Part shown: piece after piece, positions 59,073 to 64,000 of the stretch
Layout: each line of letters begins with the position of its first letter
How positions within the stretch are numbered: the stretch's first letter is position 1
The notes under the pieces: generated by a model
What the model saw: only the letters and a program-made list of their open reading frames with translations
Databases searched by the model: none
Told to the model about the DNA's origin: nothing
Program-made: the position numbers and the translations under genes
NCBI GenBank assembly: GCA_973895155.1
Contig: OZ316891.1
Coordinates: forward strand, 22,333,168-22,397,167
From: Marsupella aquatica
Lineage: Eukaryota > Plantae > Marchantiophyta
DNA length: 64,000 nt
Reading direction: 5' to 3'

Positions 59073-61445
59073 ATGTACGAGCCTTACGATTATGGGGAGC
59101 CAAGGGAAGAGGGCGGATATCGTGTCAAGCCTTATCGTCGGTCCCAACCCAGGGAGGACACTATCCCGGCCTCACGAGGAGGGGGTGGGCTCAAGAAGCC
59201 GTCTCGATGGGTGTTCATCTCGAGGAAGGCCGATATTGGAATTTTCCTGGTACTGCTGCTCGGCGCAGGTCTTACCATCATGTGGTTTATAAGTCAGCTT
59301 CCCGTCTTCGTCGAGACTGCATCGTATCACTACCACTGGGCGAAGGACGTTTATGCGACCTGGGGCACTCCTTCAATGCGGTGGCTCTTCATTAACGTAG
59401 TTGTGGGCGTGATTGTTGCTACCTCTGGCTTGCTTTCTGCGTTCGGTGGCGATAGTAGTGGACACCAGACAGATCGGCCCGGATATGATAAAGGTGTTTC
59501 ATTCCGGGGTTCTGATACAGGCGTTACATACGAGGCCTCCGAACGACCATACAATGCAAATCCAACTGAGGCGAGATTCACCGGCCATGGCTACGAGTCC
59601 CCTCTCTACAACCCTTACAGTAGTGAACCGGTTAGGAATAGATTGCACCATGAGAACTCGTTTAACGCTTGGAACAACCGTGGGGACGACTCGCCCTTGG
59701 AGCAGAATGAGGAGAGGGAAAGAGAGAGGTACCGTCATCGGGGAGTACATACTGGTGTGGACGTACCAGTTTATGCCAGACCGGTAGATCCCGAGGTGAT
59801 GCGTGCAGCTAGGCCCGTGTCAAGACAGGCATCGCAGAGGAGAGGGATTCCAATGCCTGCGGAGGATGTCCCAATGTCAAGGGAGATACCGAGGGAGATG
59901 GCCTTTGAGACACCGCCACCCAGGGACATGCCTGGGGAGTTGCCCAGAGAGATGCCCAGGGAGAGTTCTAGGGAAATCCCCAGGGACATGCCTAGGGAGT
60001 TACCAAGACATATGCCTGGAGAGATGTCCAGGGAGAGTGTTAGGGAAGCTCCAAGGGACATGCCTCCTGCGGAGGAGTCACCACCACCGGAAGAAACACC
60101 TGTGTCAAGGGACATTCCAGCGCCACCGGAAGCCCCAGCTGCTGCAGAGGGTACTCTTCCTCCTCAGTCACCTGCTGCAGCTCCAGAGCTAGAAGTGTCT
60201 GAGGGTATAAGTCATCATCCGGGTGGGTCCAGGAAGGAAGATGCTATTGAGATCATTTCGAAAGTCTACGATCATGTTCCTGGATTGGAGGACGTGGGAA
60301 CTGAGTTCCACCGGCCGAAAACAGATCCGGCAGTTCAATTTGCACCGATTGAAGAGACTTCGGCTGAGAGATCTCCTATCAAACCGGAAGTCCTTCATAA
60401 GTCTCACACATTCACTCTTGGCCGTGTGATTCGTCGCGATCAGCTTGCGGATTTCATTGAGCCACTGTCTAGGAAGCTCGAAGTCATTGGTAGGAAGGTC
60501 CGAGACCCACATAGAAGGTCCGATTCCCATTTGGATTCTGTGAGCAAGTCGAGGGATTTACCGGCTCCTCCTCAAGTGTCAGCCAGTAATTCACTCCCAG
60601 TCATGCAGGCTACTGCAGTAGTGGCCGGAAACTCTGCAGCTCAGCCCGCGACACATCGCCGGAGGCTCTCGGCGGAAGCCATTCCCGTTGTCGCACACAG
60701 TGGCACTACCGGAGGGACGATTCCACATTATGTAAAACAGAATTCTGTGCCGGTGATCAAACTTCCGTTCCCTCCGATTGCGACTAAGGCATCTCCTCCT
60801 CCGTCTCCTCTTTTGAAACAGCGGTCCATTGTGTATCCTCCGGCATTGCTCTCACAAGCCTCCACTGCAGAGGAAGATTTATCTCCCCCACCCTCTCCCC
60901 CAATTGAGGAGGCCATTCCCCCTCCCCCTCCTCCACACCTTAAACTTCCTCCTCTAAAGATTTCAAAGGATGCTCATCTCTCCTCTATAACTTTGAGTGA
61001 AGAGTTGCCTAGTTTCAAATTTTATGTTCCAACCTCAGATTCCACAGAACCCGGGCCTGCTGCAAAGGCTTCTAAAATACTGGCGGAAAAGGTCTCTTCT
61101 AGTGAGGAGAAAACGCCTCTTTCCAGTAAGCATTCAAGGACGTCTTCCTCACACATAGCCTCCACACCCTCTCCATCGACACCAGAGACTGGCTCGTCAT
61201 CTTCTGGCCAAGACGAGCAATCACTGATGATCAAACCTCGAAGATCGAATGCTGGGGACGAGAAGGTTCAAGAAGGGAAGGAAGAGTCATCACCCTTGGA
61301 TAAACAGGATAGTCCTTCAGTCAAGGATGATGATCTGCACCAGCAAATTGAGAATTTTCTAGCCAGGTTTCATGAGAATTGGAGGCTCCAGAGACAGGAG
61401 TCCCTCGCGAGGTACAAAAAGAGGCTCGTGGAATTGGATGAGTGA
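59073..61445 (+). CDS. DUF4408 + DUF761 (cotton-fibre-protein-like) membrane-anchored disordered protein, single coding exon, ~790 aa
   Basis: First ATG at 59073, preceded by a tttttcag acceptor at ~59013 (5' UTR intron). N-terminal TM segment, DUF4408-like WGTPSMRWLFINVVVGVIVATSG, a long Pro/Ser/Glu-rich linker, and DUF761-like DDLHQQIENFLARFHENWRLQRQES at the C-terminus. Confidence 0.85.
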   Translation: MYEPYDYGEPREEGGYRVKPYRRSQPREDTIPASRGGGGLKKPSRWVFISRKADIGIFLVLLLGAGLTIMWFISQLPVFVETASYHYHWAKDVYATWGTPSMRWLFINVVVGVIVATSGLLSAFGGDSSGHQTDRPGYDKGVSFRGSDTGVTYEASERPYNANPTEARFTGHGYESPLYNPYSSEPVRNRLHHENSFNAWNNRGDDSPLEQNEERERERYRHRGVHTGVDVPVYARPVDPEVMRAARPVSRQASQRRGIPMPAEDVPMSREIPREMAFETPPPRDMPGELPREMPRESSREIPRDMPRELPRHMPGEMSRESVREAPRDMPPAEESPPPEETPVSRDIPAPPEAPAAAEGTLPPQSPAAAPELEVSEGISHHPGGSRKEDAIEIISKVYDHVPGLEDVGTEFHRPKTDPAVQFAPIEETSAERSPIKPEVLHKSHTFTLGRVIRRDQLADFIEPLSRKLEVIGRKVRDPHRRSDSHLDSVSKSRDLPAPPQVSASNSLPVMQATAVVAGNSAAQPATHRRRLSAEAIPVVAHSGTTGGTIPHYVKQNSVPVIKLPFPPIATKASPPPSPLLKQRSIVYPPALLSQASTAEEDLSPPPSPPIEEAIPPPPPPHLKLPPLKISKDAHLSSITLSEELPSFKFYVPTSDSTEPGPAAKASKILAEKVSSSEEKTPLSSKHSRTSSSHIASTPSPSTPETGSSSSGQDEQSLMIKPRRSNAGDEKVQEGKEESSPLDKQDSPSVKDDDLHQQIENFLARFHENWRLQRQESLARYKKRLVELDE

Positions 61446-61685
61446 GTAGGATACATTTTTTTTAAAGTTGAGGCTTGTGGTTTATAGTCACGGTAATATC
61501 TCTGTACTAAGTACAGGGAATCGGGAGCATCAGTGAAAAGAGGTATCCAACTACTCGAAGCCAGAAAATGAACAGCGCAGAGTTGTGCTGCATCGATAAG
61601 CCGTCCTGCGATGCTGTATTGAGCTTAGCACTTACAGGCTCACGAGGGTGGAACGTCACTTCAATGGAAAAGTACATCAGATCAG

Positions 61686-61927
61686 GCAAATTAATTCATG
61701 GGTCAGCGAGAGCATCATGAAGGTGCCCGTTGCTGATGCTGCTAGTGGATGGAAGCACGCGGTGGTTGGGACTGGCTCCGGATTCTCTGAAGAACTTATG
61801 ATTATGCAAATTAATTCATTGGTCACTGAGAGCATCATGAAGGTGCCCGCTACTAATGTTGCTAGGGGATGGAAGCACTCGGTGGGTGGGACTGGCTCCG
61901 GATTCTCTGAAGAGCTTATGATTATGC
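61686..61927. repeat. 120 bp tandem duplication downstream of the DUF761 gene
   Basis: gcaaattaattcat.ggtca..gagagcatcatgaaggtgcccg...gggactggctccggattctctgaaga.cttatgattatgc starts at 61686 and 61806. Confidence 0.92.
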
Positions 61928-63712
61928 CATCATTCTTCTGCCGATCACTGGAGACGTATGTCCGGTGACTAATTTCGTAGAGTTAGAAATACTGAATTTT
62001 CAAGCTGGACGTCCACATCTGACTGGTGGCACATTTTCAGGTGAGACGTCTTTGTAAATTTCGAAGGATGATTTTCGACTCTATACTGGTCCCATTGTAC
62101 ACTAGTGAAGTTCCCTAGTACAAATTGACTCGTAGAAAACAGTCTCGTTCCGATCCTCTTTGATTGCGTGACGCTACAGGGGAATTACAGCTGTGCTCTA
62201 TTCTGGAGTGCATGTCTGTTCCATGTATCGGTTCTACTCTCCATCCAACAATTCATACTTTGTGGAGGTCAACATGTTGACCAAAAATGACGTCTTTGCA
62301 TGGAAGGCACAAAGCAATCTGCAATAAAAGTGGATCGAGTCAATCACTTTTCGGGGAAAAGATGGTTGGGTATTGTTTCTTCAGAGGGAAGATACTTTCA
62401 CAGTTCTCTATTTGTGGATTGTCCGTTGTTCATTGTTATTTCCTGTCCTCCCAACCTGCTGCTGTGGATACCGATTTGCAAATTTGGTCTCTACCTTTTT
62501 TTGGCTCCAATTGTAATGAAGGAACTGAGTAAGTTTTGGAATGCACGTCTGTGGTAAGACCGACCGAAGAATCCGTTAGTCACAGCTAGAATCCTTGCCA
62601 TAAGAGCCTTGCTGGCCATTCTCCCTTGAAAAGGGGATTTTCAATGGTGTTTTTATATTATTAACGCCTTGGTTGGTGACACGATGGACACCAAAACCTG
62701 AGCTTCTTGTCCTTGTGAATTTAAATGTGCCAGTACTGTTGTAGACATAATTTCTCTTGGTCTGGCTCGTCTGGTTGATACATTTTTAAGATCTGACTTT
62801 TGAAGAGAGTGGAGGTTCAAAGGATCTAGTCATGGATAGGTATTGCTCATCCTGCGTTGCTTTTAATTGAGATGTTTGCCTTGTTTCCGGTCTGATGTGA
62901 GCTTGTCATCTCACCAGGCGAGTACGGGTCATGAGGTAGTCTCTCAATTGTAGTCTGTTGTTGTATGATTGTCCTGACAGGTACTTGTATGTCTTCTCTA
63001 GCAATACTCCTTTCATGCCCCGGGAAGACTCGGGGATCTTACGTCCTCCCTTCAGCCTCAAACGATGTGCTTCAACCATTATCTTAAAAATTAGAACTAG
63101 TAGTTAAGCCCTGGCGAAGTAGGTCTATCCTCAACTATCAATATGGAGATTAGATGACTGCAGTTGATTGTCTTTGCAAGTGAACAGAAAGTCTTGCGGT
63201 CTGGAAACTAAGTCCACCCACTATCAGATCCAGACACGTATGAAGATGATAAAGTGACTGCCTAAATGATCTCATGATTGGAAGGAGGGCATATGTGGAC
63301 ACTGAATGAGGCTCTGGAGGGGATGCGATATGACCAAAGACTATTCGATCTCGTCAGAAACGCGTTTGAAAAGGACGTTCTGTGAGTGTCACATTTAAAC
63401 GTTTGATCATGAACTGTGATAGATCATTTTGGCCGAAGGCTAGTTAAACTGTTATGGAGTAGTCCAAGGCAAATTTATAGAATGCAACGATGCAGTTGTT
63501 ATTGCAAATAGAGCTCTCTGGGTATATATATCACAGTGCAGAAAAGACACTGGACTGTCCATTCTTGGTTAGACTCTCAAGAGAAATAGTTATGTTAAAT
63601 GGTACAAGGGATTTGTGTAGAGTTTTGTACAAAGCATGGGAAGATAAGTAGTCATTTGTGAATGAGAATAAGGAGAGTATTTTGGTATTCACATCCGACT
63701 TCAAAGATTTAG

Positions 63713-63904
63713 ATGAACACCTTGACTCAAGATTCCGCTGCTAACACATGCATTTCTATTGGATATGTCCTTCTGATCTTGCTATTGTGGGGGACTAGGG
63801 CTTTTTGGCTCTTTGTGGGGTTTTCCCCCTTGTTTCTCCCCATTATTGGGTCTATTGCGTTTGGGAGCATTGTGACATATATAATTAAAGCATTGCAAAA
63901 CTAA
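63713..63904 (+). CDS. Possible small hydrophobic membrane protein (63 aa)
   Basis: ATG-initiated ORF with a ~45-residue hydrophobic stretch containing FSPLFLP. No other support. Confidence 0.35.
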   Translation: MNTLTQDSAANTCISIGYVLLILLLWGTRAFWLFVGFSPLFLPIIGSIAFGSIVTYIIKALQN

Positions 63905-64000
63905 TCTGATACTCATGAGAGCATCTTCAGCAACTCCAGCGGTGGGGTCAATTGAGTCTGTAACCATGCATGTAGGGGCAGCCAACTTCCATCTTCACAA

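Overview
Gene-dense nuclear DNA from a land plant. Intron sizes, long pyrimidine-rich leaders and protein sequences suggest a bryophyte, possibly a liverwort (inference). Ten protein-coding genes were reconstructed by hand with frame-consistent GT-AG splicing: a UGNT1/UTr7-like nucleotide-sugar transporter (-), ClpT (+), cyclin C (-), an At1g01970-like PPR protein (-), a ZMAT5/U11-U12-20K zinc-finger protein (-), CNX2 (+), an HD-domain hydrolase (-), an intronless DRP1 dynamin (+), glucosylceramide synthase (+) and a DUF4408/DUF761 protein (+). Intergenic DNA carries MITE/foldback elements, a mini-Helitron-like element and many tandem duplications. The most striking structure is an apparent dicistronic unit: the minor-spliceosome ZMAT5 ORF stops 33 nt before, or overlaps, the start codon of an organelle-type PPR ORF, leaving no room for a separate promoter or poly(A) site. 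Other leads are a 181-codon transit-peptide-like in-frame extension on a Golgi-type sugar-nucleotide transporter, the intronless DRP1, and a small oleosin-knot-like membrane ORF. Family assignments come from recalled motifs, not from database searches.
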